A model generated the notes under the pieces. It did not search any database. It was not told the DNA's origin and saw only the letters and a program-made list of their open reading frames with translations. Below, piece by piece: positions 27,193-37,478 of a stretch of 64,000 bases of DNA. The position numbers and the translations under genes are program-made. The first letter of the stretch is position 1; each line of letters starts with the position of its first letter. The stretch comes from an uncultured delta proteobacterium (lineage in GTDB: Bacteria > Myxococcota_A > UBA9160 > UBA4427), in the NCBI GenBank assembly GCA_963822965.1, contig CAWGJT010000008.1:1-64000 (forward strand), in the 5' to 3' direction.

Positions 27193-27795
27193 ATGATTCG
27201 GCTCTATCACGCTCCCTTCAGTCGCTCGGTTCGCGTCCTCTGGCTCCTCGAGGAGCTCGCGCTTCCGTACGAGCTCGAAGTGCTGCCGCCCATCGGAACG
27301 ACCACGCCCTTCTCGCAGGCGACGCCGACCGGCAAGATCCCCACCCTGGAAGACGACACCCTGGTGATGTTCGAGTCCATCGCGATCATGGAGTACGTCC
27401 TCGACCGCTATGGCGACGGTCGACTGGCCCCGGAGCGCGGGTCCCCCGCGTGGGGGCTTCTGCTGCAGTGGCTCCACTACGCGGAAGCCACGGCCTTTCC
27501 CCCTCTCGGCTACATCGCGCGCCACAGCCTGGCCCTCGCGGAAGCGGACCGCATCGCCGCATCGGCAGCGGAGAACCGCGCGCTCGCGGCGCGCGTTCTC
27601 GGGGTGCCCGAGGGCGTCCTCGCCGCGTCCGACTACCTCCTGGGCGACGAGTTCACCGTCGCGGACATCGCGATGGGGTACACGGTCGGCACCGCGAAGC
27701 TGCTCGGTGTTCTGGAAGGCTTCCCGAATCTGGAAGCGTACTTCGGCCGGCTGGCCCGGCGTCCGGCGTTCCAGCGGGCCACCGGGCCGCGCTGA
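27193..27795 (+). CDS. Glutathione S-transferase
   Basis: SRSVRVLWLLEEL, GKIPTL, FESIAI, FTVADI. Confidence 0.92.
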   Translation: MIRLYHAPFSRSVRVLWLLEELALPYELEVLPPIGTTTPFSQATPTGKIPTLEDDTLVMFESIAIMEYVLDRYGDGRLAPERGSPAWGLLLQWLHYAEATAFPPLGYIARHSLALAEADRIAASAAENRALAARVLGVPEGVLAASDYLLGDEFTVADIAMGYTVGTAKLLGVLEGFPNLEAYFGRLARRPAFQRATGPR

Positions 27796-27838
27796 CGCCG
27801 ACGTGGGCGGCCTCGGGAACATGGCGCAGCGGGCCGAT

Positions 27839-28213
27839 CTACTCGTAGTGCCGGATCTCGATCAGGTGCTCGTTGGGGTCGAAGAGATAGAGCGCCGCGC
27901 CCGGTCCCCGCGCGCCCGACTCCTGGCCCGGGCCCTTCATGTTGCCGGCGGAGTGGAAGGAGTCGCCGAAGGCGACGCCGGCTTCGCGGATCCGCCGGAA
28001 CACGTCCTCGAACTCCGCCCGCGACATGGCGAAGGCCAGGTGGCGACCTCCGGTGGTGCCCCACGGTGCGAGCTGCAGGGTGAGATCGTCGCTGACGCGC
28101 ACCACCGCGAAGGGCTCCCGGTCACCCTCGTGGCGGAGCCCGAGGATCTCCGTGTAGAAGCGGAGGCTCTGGTCGAGGTCGTTGACCTGCAGGATCAGAT
28201 GGTCGAGCACCAT
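27839..28213 (-). CDS. VOC family protein
   Basis: LDHLIL.VNDL, YLFDPNEHLIE. Confidence 0.88.
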   Translation of the reverse strand: MVLDHLILQVNDLDQSLRFYTEILGLRHEGDREPFAVVRVSDDLTLQLAPWGTTGGRHLAFAMSRAEFEDVFRRIREAGVAFGDSFHSAGNMKGPGQESGARGPGAALYLFDPNEHLIEIRHYE

Positions 28214-28357
28214 GGCGTCCCTCCGACGTCCTCTCATTCTATCACCGAAGCGTCGACTCCAGCCCTCGCGGGCGGAGCGTCGTGATACTCTCCGCGGAGC
28301 TGCGGGGCGCGGATCGGACACGACGCCCGCCCGTGTAGCGCTCCGGGAGTCCGGGCC

Positions 28358-28840
28358 ATGGCCCTGCTTCTCAAGAACCTGGTCTTCACGCTGCTCGTGC
28401 CGGGAACCGTCGCCGGGTACCTGCCGTGGTGGATCGCCCGGGACCGGCCGCTCGCCTCCGGGGCGGCGCTGGCGGCGGGAATCGCGCTTCTGGCCCTGGG
28501 AGGCGCGATCTACGCGTGGTGCGTGTGGGACTTCGCCACGTTCGGGCGGGGAACGCCAGCACCCATCGACGCGCCCAGAAGGCTCGTCGTGCGGGGGCTC
28601 TATCGCTACACACGAAATCCCATGTACGTCGGGGTCTTCACGGTGGTCCTGGGACAGGCGGCTCTGTTCCGATCGATGGGCCTGCTCGTCTATGCCGTGG
28701 CAGTGGCGATGTGCTTCCATCTGTTCGTCACCGCGTACGAGGAGCCTCACCTCGCCGACGAGTTCGGCTCCGCGTACGAAACGTACCGCTCGCGGGTTCC
28801 CCGCTGGCTTCCGCGCCTGCGCGGGCAGACGGGTCGCTGA
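28358..28840 (+). CDS. Isoprenylcysteine carboxyl methyltransferase family protein
   Basis: GTPAP, GLYRYTRNPMY, EEPHL, VPRW. Confidence 0.88.
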   Translation: MALLLKNLVFTLLVPGTVAGYLPWWIARDRPLASGAALAAGIALLALGGAIYAWCVWDFATFGRGTPAPIDAPRRLVVRGLYRYTRNPMYVGVFTVVLGQAALFRSMGLLVYAVAVAMCFHLFVTAYEEPHLADEFGSAYETYRSRVPRWLPRLRGQTGR

Positions 28841-28911
28841 CCGTCTCCGTCCGCAGGACCTCGGTCGGCGCCATGGGCCGCGCGGGTTCGCCCGTCATGG
28901 AGGTCGATTCG

Positions 28912-29418
28912 ATGTACTCCGGCTGGCCATCTCTCTGCTTGAACGTCCGCGACCTGGACGCGGCAACCCGCTTCTACGAGGCGCTCGGGATGGAGGCGCT
29001 TCCGAACGTCTCGTTCGAGGGGAAGCGGGTCGTGCTTCGATCCGGCGCCTTCCGGCTCGGGCTCTTCAAGGGAATCGGAACCAACCTGCTGAACTTCCGG
29101 GGCGCGGACGTGCGTGCCGTCCACGAGGAGCTGAAGGCGCGGTTTCCGGTGCTTGCGGGCACCCCGGAGGCGTACCCGGCGAACCCGGGAGACGGTGCTG
29201 ACCACGGCGGGTGGTGCTGGACGACCCACGATCCGGACGGCAACGTGCTCCTCTTCGATACCAACGAGAGCGAGGAAGGAGAGGCGTTCCGGATGCGTCG
29301 CATCAGCGGCGTCCTCCGCGACGTCGAGCACGAGCTGGTCGCGCTCGGCGCGAGCGCGGAATGCCTGGAGGTGTTCCGGACCCGGCTGGTCGATCGCTTC
29401 TGTGTGGCGGAGGAGTGA
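28912..29418 (+). CDS. VOC family protein
   Basis: LNVRDL..RFYEALG, DPDGN. Confidence 0.75.
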   Translation: MYSGWPSLCLNVRDLDAATRFYEALGMEALPNVSFEGKRVVLRSGAFRLGLFKGIGTNLLNFRGADVRAVHEELKARFPVLAGTPEAYPANPGDGADHGGWCWTTHDPDGNVLLFDTNESEEGEAFRMRRISGVLRDVEHELVALGASAECLEVFRTRLVDRFCVAEE

Positions 29419-29580
29419 CCGCGATCGCCGGCCGCCTCGTCGGGAGCGACCGAACCGGTCTCTGTCCCGCCCGGCCTCTGTGGTAGCCTGCCGGCATCCG
29501 GGAGCGTGCCGCGGGCAGGTTGCCGGCGACGGCTCGCTCTCCACGCGTCGGGCGGCGCCCTCCGGGCGCCGGATGGATCC

Positions 29581-30036
29581 TTGGACTACTTCGATCCGTT
29601 GGGTCGTGCCTTCTGGACCACGCTGGGCGTTGCCGTTCTCTGCGGCGCCATCGTCGGTCTCGAGCGACAGGTGCGGGGCAAGCCCGCGGGCGTTCGGACG
29701 AGCATCCTCGTCTGCCTCGGCACGTCGGTGTACATCCATCTCGGTGCCGCGGTCTCCGGTCCCGGAGCCGACCCGGCGCGGGTGCTCTCCCAGCTCGTGA
29801 CCGGTGTCGGCTTTCTGGGGGCCGGCGTCATGTTCGCGCACCAGGGCGTCGTGACCGGGGTGACCACGGCCGCCGTGATCTGGGTGCTGGCCGCCATCGG
29901 CGCGGCGATCGGCCTCGGTCGATACGAAGGCGCCGTCGCCCTGGCGCTCGTCACCGTCGGTGTGCTCGTCGGCGTCGAGTTCCTGGAGTCCACGGTGAAG
30001 TGGTTCGCCCGGGGCGTGCACACCCGGGACGAATGA
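29581..30036 (+). CDS. MgtC/SapB family protein
   Basis: GLERQ..KPAGVRT, TGVGFLGAG, GVTTAA. Confidence 0.9.
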   Translation: MDYFDPLGRAFWTTLGVAVLCGAIVGLERQVRGKPAGVRTSILVCLGTSVYIHLGAAVSGPGADPARVLSQLVTGVGFLGAGVMFAHQGVVTGVTTAAVIWVLAAIGAAIGLGRYEGAVALALVTVGVLVGVEFLESTVKWFARGVHTRDE

Positions 30037-30081
30037 AGCGACCCCGAGAAGCGAGAAGAGAGAGGCGAGAGAGAGGGAAGG

Positions 30082-30636
30082 GTGTCTCGATTCGAATACC
30101 TGTCCGTGCTGATCTCGATCGTCATCGCGCTGGGCATCTCCGAGATGGCGAGCTCGTGGGGCCACCTGCTGCGGGTTCGAGCGCGGGTGCGCTTCTACTG
30201 GCTGCACACCTTCTGGTCCGTCTTCATGGTGATGCTGATGGTTCAGTTCTGGTGGGGGTTCTGGCAGTTCCGGGACGTGGAGAGCTGGTCGTTCTTCGGC
30301 CTGGTCTCGGTCGTCTCGGAGGCGCTGGTGCTCGTCGTCGCGGCACTCGTGATGATTCCGGGCAACGCGCCCGACGAGGCGCTGGACCTGCGCGCGCACT
30401 TCTTCGGGAACTCGCGTCTCTTCTTCGGCCTGGGGGCGTTGCTGCTCGCGCAGCTCGCCGTGGTGGACACCGCCGTGGGCGGACAGGCATTCCTGAGCTC
30501 CGAGAACGCCTTTCGCATTCCGGGGATCCTCGTCGCCGTAGGGGCGGCCGCGTCCCAAGACGAGCGGCTCCACGTGGCTCTGGCGACCGTGGGCTCGTTG
30601 CTGCTGCTGGGCTTCCTGGTGTTCGGACCCGTCTGA
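30082..30636 (+). CDS. Hypothetical membrane protein
   Basis: FEYLSVLISIVIALG..QFWW; multiple TM segments. Confidence 0.75.
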   Translation: MSRFEYLSVLISIVIALGISEMASSWGHLLRVRARVRFYWLHTFWSVFMVMLMVQFWWGFWQFRDVESWSFFGLVSVVSEALVLVVAALVMIPGNAPDEALDLRAHFFGNSRLFFGLGALLLAQLAVVDTAVGGQAFLSSENAFRIPGILVAVGAAASQDERLHVALATVGSLLLLGFLVFGPV

Positions 30637-30741
30637 CGCTGAGAGGGAACGCGGTGGCGTGCCACACGCCCGCGGCGGGCCCGCGAGCCTCGAGCGCGAG
30701 TAGGGCTCAAGGACCCGGTCCGACGGGTCGAACCGGATGCG

Positions 30742-31377
30742 GTGGAGCAGAAGAACGAGGAGCAGCCGAGCCCCCTCGAACGCGGCTTCTTCCGCGAGGC
30801 GGAAGACGGGGCTTCGGTGTTCTTTCCGTGGGGTCTGACGCACCGTGGCTACCGTCTGCCCGACCTCGCCGCCAAGCGCCGAGCGACGCGGGCGGTGTCG
30901 CTCCTCTACGCGTCGGCGACCGGGATCGGCGTGTGGACGGCGCACGCGCTCCAGCCGCTGCTCCAGGACACGGCGCCGTCCTTCGAACGGGTCCTGGAGG
31001 TGGCGGCCCTGCCGGCGGCGGCCCTGGTATCAGTGCTGGCCTGCTACTGGCTGTGGGTGACGCGCGTCGTCGAACGGTGTCCCGCGAGCGATCTCGCGGT
31101 TTCCCGGGAGGAGCGCCTGCGGGAGGCCGCCCGGCTGGCTCCGCCCTGGAAGATCCTCGCGGTGGGAGTGGTCCTGTGTGCTCTCAGCGCCGTCGTCGTG
31201 TGGCTCCGCCCGGCGACGTTCTGGCTCACCGGGCTGGGCGCCGTGTTCGGGCTCGGGATCGTGGCGTGGAGCCGCGTCCTCGCGCGAGCCGCGGCCCGTG
31301 CCGCCCGGGAGGAGAGCGAGCCGGCGCGTTCGCTTCCGCCCAGCGACGCTCGGGCTGGGAACGAGCCGATCGGGTAG
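30742..31377 (+). CDS. Hypothetical membrane protein
   Basis: VFFPWG..GY followed by 4 TM segments. Confidence 0.65.
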   Translation: MEQKNEEQPSPLERGFFREAEDGASVFFPWGLTHRGYRLPDLAAKRRATRAVSLLYASATGIGVWTAHALQPLLQDTAPSFERVLEVAALPAAALVSVLACYWLWVTRVVERCPASDLAVSREERLREAARLAPPWKILAVGVVLCALSAVVVWLRPATFWLTGLGAVFGLGIVAWSRVLARAAARAAREESEPARSLPPSDARAGNEPIG

Positions 31378-31432
31378 GTTCGCGGACTCGTCGGTCCGCG
31401 GGCTCGAAGGTTCGCGGAGCCAGAGGAGCGCC

Positions 31433-31912
31433 GTGGACGTCCTGGGACTCGATCATCTCTATCTGAGCGTCTCGGACCTGGCCCGCTCCGAGGTCTTCTA
31501 CGACGCCGTGATGCGGTGTCTCGGCTTTCGCAAGGGTGACAAGTCGATTGCCGGCGAGTCCCACGTGCACTACTTCAACCGAGCGCTGCAGCTCTCCATC
31601 CGCCCGGCCCGGAGCGACTCGCCCCACGATCCCTACGCGCCCGGGCTGCACCACGTCTGCTTCCAGCTCGGCACGCCCGGGGACGTGGACGCAGCCGCGG
31701 CCGCGCTCCGCGAGATTGGCGTGGAGACCACCGAGCCGAAGCGCTACCCCGAGTACAACTCCGACTACTACGCGACGTTCTTCACCGATCCGGACGGGAT
31801 CCGTCTCGAGCTGGTCTGTCGGACGCCCTACCGCGACGACTTGGTGAGACACTGGGACGAGCTCACCGCCTTCCTGAATCCCCTGGCGGAGCTCCGAGCG
31901 CGCAAGCCGTAG
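31433..31912 (+). CDS. VOC family protein
   Basis: LDHLYLSVSDL, GLHH, YYATFFTDPDGIRLE. Confidence 0.88.
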   Translation: MDVLGLDHLYLSVSDLARSEVFYDAVMRCLGFRKGDKSIAGESHVHYFNRALQLSIRPARSDSPHDPYAPGLHHVCFQLGTPGDVDAAAAALREIGVETTEPKRYPEYNSDYYATFFTDPDGIRLELVCRTPYRDDLVRHWDELTAFLNPLAELRARKP

Positions 31913-31931
31913 CGCCACCGGGATCGCCACG

Positions 31932-32174
31932 GTGGGGATGCTCTACCCTCGTGGCGTGGTCTCCCCCGCGCGCTTCCTGATCGTCGCCGGCCTGGCACTG
32001 GTCGCCCTCGGCCTACTGCTCCACTTCGGTCCCTCGGTTCCCCTGCTGGGCAAGCTTCCGGGTGACGTGCGGATCGAGCGCCCGGGGGTGCGGATCTACA
32101 TTCCCATCACGAGCTGTCTGCTGCTGAGCGTCGTGCTGTCCGCGGTTCTCTGGCTCTTCTCGAGATTGCGCTAG
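31932..32174 (+). CDS. DUF2905 small membrane protein
   Basis: GKLPGDV..YIPITSC. Confidence 0.85.
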   Translation: MGMLYPRGVVSPARFLIVAGLALVALGLLLHFGPSVPLLGKLPGDVRIERPGVRIYIPITSCLLLSVVLSAVLWLFSRLR

Positions 32175-32244
32175 CCCGTCGCGGGCCGAGCTGGTCCGCC
32201 GCGCCGGTCCGCCGTTCTCGCGTCGCCACTATCTCGCGTCGCCA

Positions 32245-32949
32245 CTATGCCGCCTTCGCGGGCAGCTTCACGGACAGCTCCGTTCCCTCGTTCAGCTCGA
32301 GCATGGCGGACTGGAAGCCGTTGGCGGGGTCGTGCAGCCAGCCGAGGAAGTCGTCGTGCTCGGCCCAGAAGGCGCCGACGTTGTCGGCGAGCACCACGCC
32401 GCCGTCGCGCAGGTGCGGCGCCACCAGCTTCAGCACCGGCAGCATGGCGGGCGGGAACCCGTCGCAGAGCAGCATGTCCACGGGAGCCTCGAGGTCGCGA
32501 AGGGTCTCCCGGGCGTCGCCTTCGCGAATATCCACGAGGTCGAGCAGGCCCGCCTCGCGCAGGTGCTCCCGGGCTCGCGCCGCCTTGGCGGGCACCATCT
32601 CGGTGCCAATCACGCAACCGCCGCCGTTCTCGCGCACGGCCAGCGCGAGATAGAGAGTCGAGACGCCGAACGACGTGCCGTACTCGACGATGCGTCGGGC
32701 GCCCAGGGACCGGGCCAGCAGGTAGCAGAACACACCCTGGCTGCGGTCGAGACAGATGAACTTGTCGTCGAGGCGGTCGCCGAGTCGATCCCACGCGATG
32801 CCCCGACCGCGGAGCAGCCGCGGAATCTGGTCGACGAAGTGCAGGAAGAGCTTCGGGGTCTGCCGGTCGGCCTCCCGGTGCAGGCGGGCGAGAAGATCGC
32901 GGACCTTCGGGTCGGGCAGGGCGTCGAGGGCGGATCGCTTTCGGGTCAT
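32245..32949 (-). CDS. O-methyltransferase
   Basis: VEYGTSFGVST, GDARETL, ADN. Confidence 0.88.
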   Translation of the reverse strand: MTRKRSALDALPDPKVRDLLARLHREADRQTPKLFLHFVDQIPRLLRGRGIAWDRLGDRLDDKFICLDRSQGVFCYLLARSLGARRIVEYGTSFGVSTLYLALAVRENGGGCVIGTEMVPAKAARAREHLREAGLLDLVDIREGDARETLRDLEAPVDMLLCDGFPPAMLPVLKLVAPHLRDGGVVLADNVGAFWAEHDDFLGWLHDPANGFQSAMLELNEGTELSVKLPAKAA

Positions 32950-33039
32950 GTCGGATTCTCCGTTCCAGCGCCCTTCGGGCGCTTCGTGGGCGCCGGACTA
33001 GAATACGAGCAATTACTCGCGTAAACTACTCGCGTTCCC

Positions 33040-33651
33040 ATGGCCCGCCGTATCGACCTGAAACCCCGGAAGAGACCGCGCCAGGAGCGGGCGCGCGAGA
33101 TGGATCGCCTGATCCTGGAGGCGGCGGCTCGCGTTCTGGAGGAGAGCGGACCCGCGGGCTTCAACACCAACCGGGTGGCCGAACGCGCGGGAATCAGCGT
33201 GGGCTCCCTGTACCAGTACTACCCGAACAAGGTGGCGCTGCTGTTTCGCCTTCACGAGCTCGAGACCCACGACACGAAGGCGGCCATCTCGACGCTCCTC
33301 GGCGACGAGACGAAGGCGCCGCGGGAGCGGGTCTTCGCGGCGGTACGGGCCTTCTTCGAGACCGAGGCCGCGGAGGCCCCGCTGCGGCAGGCCCTGGGGC
33401 TCGCCCGGGTCTACTTCCGCGATTCGCCCGAGTCGGCCGCGGTGGAGCGGCAGGTGATCGAGCGGGTGCGGCGCTTCCTGTGCGAGGTGCAGCCGCTCCG
33501 GCGCGGCCGGCGCGACTTCGACGCTCGCTTCCTGGTGACGGTGCTCGCCAGCGTGTCCGAGCACATCACCCAACGCGGTATGCGCGGCGCCGAGCTCCGC
33601 CGCTGGGCGGACCGGTGCAGCGAGATGCTCTGCGACCACATGCATCTGTGA
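33040..33651 (+). CDS. TetR/AcrR family regulator (divergent from the methyltransferase)
   Basis: TNRVAERAGISVGSLYQYYPNK. Confidence 0.92.
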   Translation: MARRIDLKPRKRPRQERAREMDRLILEAAARVLEESGPAGFNTNRVAERAGISVGSLYQYYPNKVALLFRLHELETHDTKAAISTLLGDETKAPRERVFAAVRAFFETEAAEAPLRQALGLARVYFRDSPESAAVERQVIERVRRFLCEVQPLRRGRRDFDARFLVTVLASVSEHITQRGMRGAELRRWADRCSEMLCDHMHL

Positions 33652-33687
33652 TGGGCCCGCGGCCGGCGCCCGTCCTATCATGGCGCC

Positions 33688-34311
33688 GTGCGCGCCGCCC
33701 GGGAGCCGCTGCTACTGCTCGTCGCGACGGGCGTTCTGCTCGTGGTCTCGGGCATCCATCCCCAGGACCGGATCACCTGGCTGCTGGAGGTGGCGCCGGT
33801 TCTGATCGGAGCGCCGATCCTGGTCGCCACCTGGCGTCGCTTTCCGTTGACGCCGCTCCTCTACCGCCTGCTCTTCCTGCACGCGTCGATCCTGATGCTG
33901 GGCGGTCACTACACCTATGCGCGTGTGCCCGTCGGCTTCTGGGTGCAGGACTGGCTCGACCTCTCGCGGAACCACTACGACCGCCTGGGTCATCTCGCCC
34001 AGGGCTTCGTGCCCGCGATCCTGGCGCGGGAGATCCTGCTGCGCCGGACGCCCCTGCGGCCGGGCGGCTGGCTCTTCTTCCTCACCACCTCGGTGTGTCT
34101 CGCGTTCAGCGCCTTCTACGAGCTGATCGAGTGGTGGACGGCGTTGCTCTGGGGCGGCCCCGCCGAAGCGTTCCTCGCCACCCAGGGCGACGTGTGGGAC
34201 ACCCAGGCGGACATGTTTCTGGCGCTCGTGGGCGCGGTGTCGAGTCAGCTGCTGCTCGCGCGCTGGCACGGGCGCCAGCTGGCTGCGCTCTGCGAGCGGG
34301 AGCCGGGATGA
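33688..34311 (+). CDS. DUF2238 (YjdF-like) membrane protein
   Basis: GGHYTYARVP, RNHYDRLGH, YELIEW, QGDVWDTQ. Confidence 0.9.
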   Translation: MRAAREPLLLLVATGVLLVVSGIHPQDRITWLLEVAPVLIGAPILVATWRRFPLTPLLYRLLFLHASILMLGGHYTYARVPVGFWVQDWLDLSRNHYDRLGHLAQGFVPAILAREILLRRTPLRPGGWLFFLTTSVCLAFSAFYELIEWWTALLWGGPAEAFLATQGDVWDTQADMFLALVGAVSSQLLLARWHGRQLAALCEREPG

Positions 34312-34928
34312 GCGGGCTGCTCCAACGCGCTTCGGATCTGTGGCGCCGTTTTCACGGTCGCGGCACCTACCCCCACGAGATGGCCTTCCTGCTGCGGCTT
34401 CCGCTGCGCGACCTCGTCTTCTCGCGCCGGCAGCTGGTCGAGCGACTGCAGCTGCGAGCCGACGCCGTCGTGCTCGAGATCGGCCCCGGGCCCGGGTACT
34501 TCTCGCCGTCCGTCGCCCGGGCCGTGCCGGCGGGTCGGCTCGAGCTGCTCGACCTGCAGCCGCAGATGCTCGCCATCGCGCGACGTCACCTCCGGCGCGC
34601 GGGCTGCGGAAACGTCCACTTCACCTGCGGCGCCGGGGACCGTCTGCCCTACCGCAGCGGGAGCTTCGACGTGGCCTTCGCGGTGGCGGTGCTGGGAGAG
34701 GTGCCCGAGCCCGCCGCCTGCGTGCGCGAGGTGGCTCGGGTGCTGCGGCCGGGCGGTGCCCTCTCGATCACCGAGCTGCCCGGCGATCCGGACGCCCTGT
34801 CCCAGGCGGAGGTGCTGGCGCTGTGCGAGCCGGTGGGCTTCCGCCAGCGGGATGTGCTTCCGCTCCGGGGTGGCTACTCGCTCACCCTCTCGCTCGGTCC
34901 CGAGCGCGATTCTTCCGGAGAGACGTGA
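34308..34928 (+). CDS. Class I SAM-dependent methyltransferase
   Basis: LEIGPGPG, RVLRPGG. Confidence 0.85.
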   Translation: MSGLLQRASDLWRRFHGRGTYPHEMAFLLRLPLRDLVFSRRQLVERLQLRADAVVLEIGPGPGYFSPSVARAVPAGRLELLDLQPQMLAIARRHLRRAGCGNVHFTCGAGDRLPYRSGSFDVAFAVAVLGEVPEPAACVREVARVLRPGGALSITELPGDPDALSQAEVLALCEPVGFRQRDVLPLRGGYSLTLSLGPERDSSGET

Positions 34929-35008
34929 TGGACCACCAGGATCGCTCTTCTCCTTCCTCCGCGTCGTCGTCCCTGGCGACCCGCCTCGATCGGCCAGGCG
35001 CCTGACCC

Positions 35009-35602
35009 GTGCCTCCCGAGCCGGTGTCCGTCGAGGTGGTCGAGGAGCCCATCGGCCGCCTCGGCGAGCACGCCGGGATCTCCATCACGTTCACGGTGGA
35101 GAGCGTGCTGGAGGTGGAGGTTCGCGACGGCGGCCTCCGGGGGCTGCTGCTGCGGGAGAAATTGCTCGCCGCGCCGTACACCCAGGACTACGACGCGCTC
35201 CCCGGCAGTCACCCGCTCGACTGGGCGCGGCGCTTCGACGTCTCGCAGTGGGGCCTGCTGGCGGCGCGGGTCCGGGGCGTCCGGGTGGGCGGAGCGGTCC
35301 TGGCCTTCGCGACGCCCGGGCTCCAGATGCTCGCCGGGCGCGACGACCTCGCGGTGCTGTGGGACCTGCGGGTGGCGCCGGACCACCGGGGTTCGGGCGT
35401 GGGCTCGGCGCTGTTCGCGGCCGCCGAAGCCTGGGCGGCCGCGCGAGGCTGCACCCGTCTGAACGTCGAGACCCAGAATGTCAACGTGCGGGCCTGCCGC
35501 TTCTACGCCGGCGTCGGCTGCGAGCTCGCGTCCATCGACCGCCTCGCCTATCCGAGCCTGCCGGGAGAGGTGCAGCTCGTCTGGAGCAAGTCGCTGGCCT
35601 GA
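35009..35602 (+). CDS. GNAT acetyltransferase
   Basis: HRGSGVG, VETQNVNVRACRFY. Confidence 0.88.
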   Translation: MPPEPVSVEVVEEPIGRLGEHAGISITFTVESVLEVEVRDGGLRGLLLREKLLAAPYTQDYDALPGSHPLDWARRFDVSQWGLLAARVRGVRVGGAVLAFATPGLQMLAGRDDLAVLWDLRVAPDHRGSGVGSALFAAAEAWAAARGCTRLNVETQNVNVRACRFYAGVGCELASIDRLAYPSLPGEVQLVWSKSLA

Positions 35603-35696
35603 GGGTCGCGGGCCGGGGCTTTCGCGCACGGGCGGCTGTGGCATCGTCTCTGCGCGCGCCACGTGAAACACGCACAGGGCCAGGGGAGTCATCGGG

Positions 35697-36104
35697 ATGA
35701 GAGTCGAAGGTGGGTGCTACTGCGGGGCCGTCCGCTACGAGGCGGAGGGCGATCCGATCTTCAAGGGGCAGTGTCACTGCCGCGAATGCCAGTACATCTC
35801 GGGGGGCTCGCCGAACGTCGTGATGGGGCTTCCCGAGGCCGGCTTCCGCTACACGAAGGGATCGCCGAAGACGTTCCGCCGGAAGGACCTGGACAACCCG
35901 GTGTCCCGGGAGTTCTGTCCGGAGTGCGGCACGCACCTGCTGAGCCGGGCGCCCGCGCTGCCCGGGGCGGTGCTCCTCAAGGTCGGCACGCTCGACGATC
36001 CGAGCGTCTTCGGCATGCCGCAGATGGCGATCTTCACGATCGACAAGCAGAGCTTCCACGTGGTACCCGAGGGCGTCGCCAGCTTCGAGCGCGGCCCCGG
36101 CTGA
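35697..36104 (+). CDS. GFA family Zn-binding protein
   Basis: GGCYCG, CHCRECQ, FCPECG. Confidence 0.92.
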   Translation: MRVEGGCYCGAVRYEAEGDPIFKGQCHCRECQYISGGSPNVVMGLPEAGFRYTKGSPKTFRRKDLDNPVSREFCPECGTHLLSRAPALPGAVLLKVGTLDDPSVFGMPQMAIFTIDKQSFHVVPEGVASFERGPG

Positions 36105-36122
36105 GAGCCGGCGCGGAGCCCC

Positions 36123-37316
36123 GTGTTCCTCGCGCTCTTCTTGCTGGGCCTCCTCGCCGACACGGGGCGTTCGATGCGGGCCTGCCCACGCATGCGCGAG
36201 GCGCGCTCGTTCCGCTCGGGTGGCGCCGCCCCGATCCTGCTGGTCGCGTGTCTGACGCTCGGACTCGCCGCGGCGGGGGCTGCCGGGGAGGTCTCCTTCA
36301 CCGGTCTCGGGGATCTGCCGGGGGGTGCGTTCGCCAGCGAAGCCGCCGGCATCTCGGCGGACGGAACCGTGGTCTCGGGCTCCTCGGTGATCGACGACCT
36401 GGGCCGGCGGGAGGCGTTCCGCTGGACGCGCGACGAGGGCCTCGTCGGTCTGGGTGACATCCGGGGCGGCGCCGTGCGGAGCTCGGCCGGCGGCATCTCG
36501 GCCGACGGTCTGAAGATCGTGGGTACCGTCAGCTCGGAGTCGGGAACCGAGGCGTTCCTGTGGAGCCGCGCCGAGGGCATGATCGGCCTGGGCGACCTGC
36601 CGGCGGGCATCTTCTCGACCCGCGGTGCCGCGGCTTCGGCGGACGGTGCGGTCGTGGTCGGACACGGCCAGGCGCTGCTCGGCACCCGTGCCTGGTCGCG
36701 TGCCTTCCGCTGGACGCGGCAGCAGGGCATGGTGGATCTGGGAGACCTTCCCGGCGGCCTGCAAGCGAGCCTCGCCACCGACGTGTCGGCGGACGGCACC
36801 GTGGTGGTGGGCCAGGCCTCCTCGGCGTCCGGCTCCGAGGCGTTCCGCTGGACCGCCGAGGGCATGGTGGCGCTGGGAGACCTGGGAGGAGGCCGCTTCG
36901 AGAGCCTGGCGCACGCGGTCTCCGCCGACGGCACGGTGATCGTCGGGGAGGGACAGTCCGGTCGGGGCCGGGAGGCCGTCCGCTGGACCGTTTCCCGGGG
37001 CGGGTCCGCCCGCATGCAGCGTCTCGGCGACCTTCCGGGCGGCGCGACCTCGAGCGCCGCGCGGGACGTGTCGGCGGACGGCCGGGTCGTCGTCGGCACG
37101 GCCACGTCGGCCGCGGGAGAGGAGGCGTTCGTGTGGGACGCGAAGCGGGGCATGCGGAGCGTCCGCGACCTGCTCGCGGGCGCGAGCGCGCCCGGCCTCG
37201 ACGGCTGGGTGCTCGCGGCGGCGACGGCCGTCGCGGACGACGGCCGCACCCTGGCGGGTGAGGGGATCGACCCCGAGGGCCACGCGCAGGCCTGGGTGGC
37301 GGTGCTTCCGGAGTGA
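36123..37316 (+). CDS. Secreted HAF-repeat protein; start probably later
   Basis: Repeats of LGDLPGG..S.A..VSADG..VVG..EAFRW. Confidence 0.85.
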   Translation: MFLALFLLGLLADTGRSMRACPRMREARSFRSGGAAPILLVACLTLGLAAAGAAGEVSFTGLGDLPGGAFASEAAGISADGTVVSGSSVIDDLGRREAFRWTRDEGLVGLGDIRGGAVRSSAGGISADGLKIVGTVSSESGTEAFLWSRAEGMIGLGDLPAGIFSTRGAAASADGAVVVGHGQALLGTRAWSRAFRWTRQQGMVDLGDLPGGLQASLATDVSADGTVVVGQASSASGSEAFRWTAEGMVALGDLGGGRFESLAHAVSADGTVIVGEGQSGRGREAVRWTVSRGGSARMQRLGDLPGGATSSAARDVSADGRVVVGTATSAAGEEAFVWDAKRGMRSVRDLLAGASAPGLDGWVLAAATAVADDGRTLAGEGIDPEGHAQAWVAVLPE

Positions 37317-37478
37317 CTCCCCGGTCGCGCGCGGGGCCTGGCCGTGCATCCGTGCGTCACCTGCCCCAGGGCGTGGCCGACCTCGACGCGCGCCCCGGGC
37401 CCCGGGACGAGGTACACATCCCGCAGGCGCTGTCCGGGGGCTGACCCGGGCAGGCCGACACGAGGGCAGACGCACGGG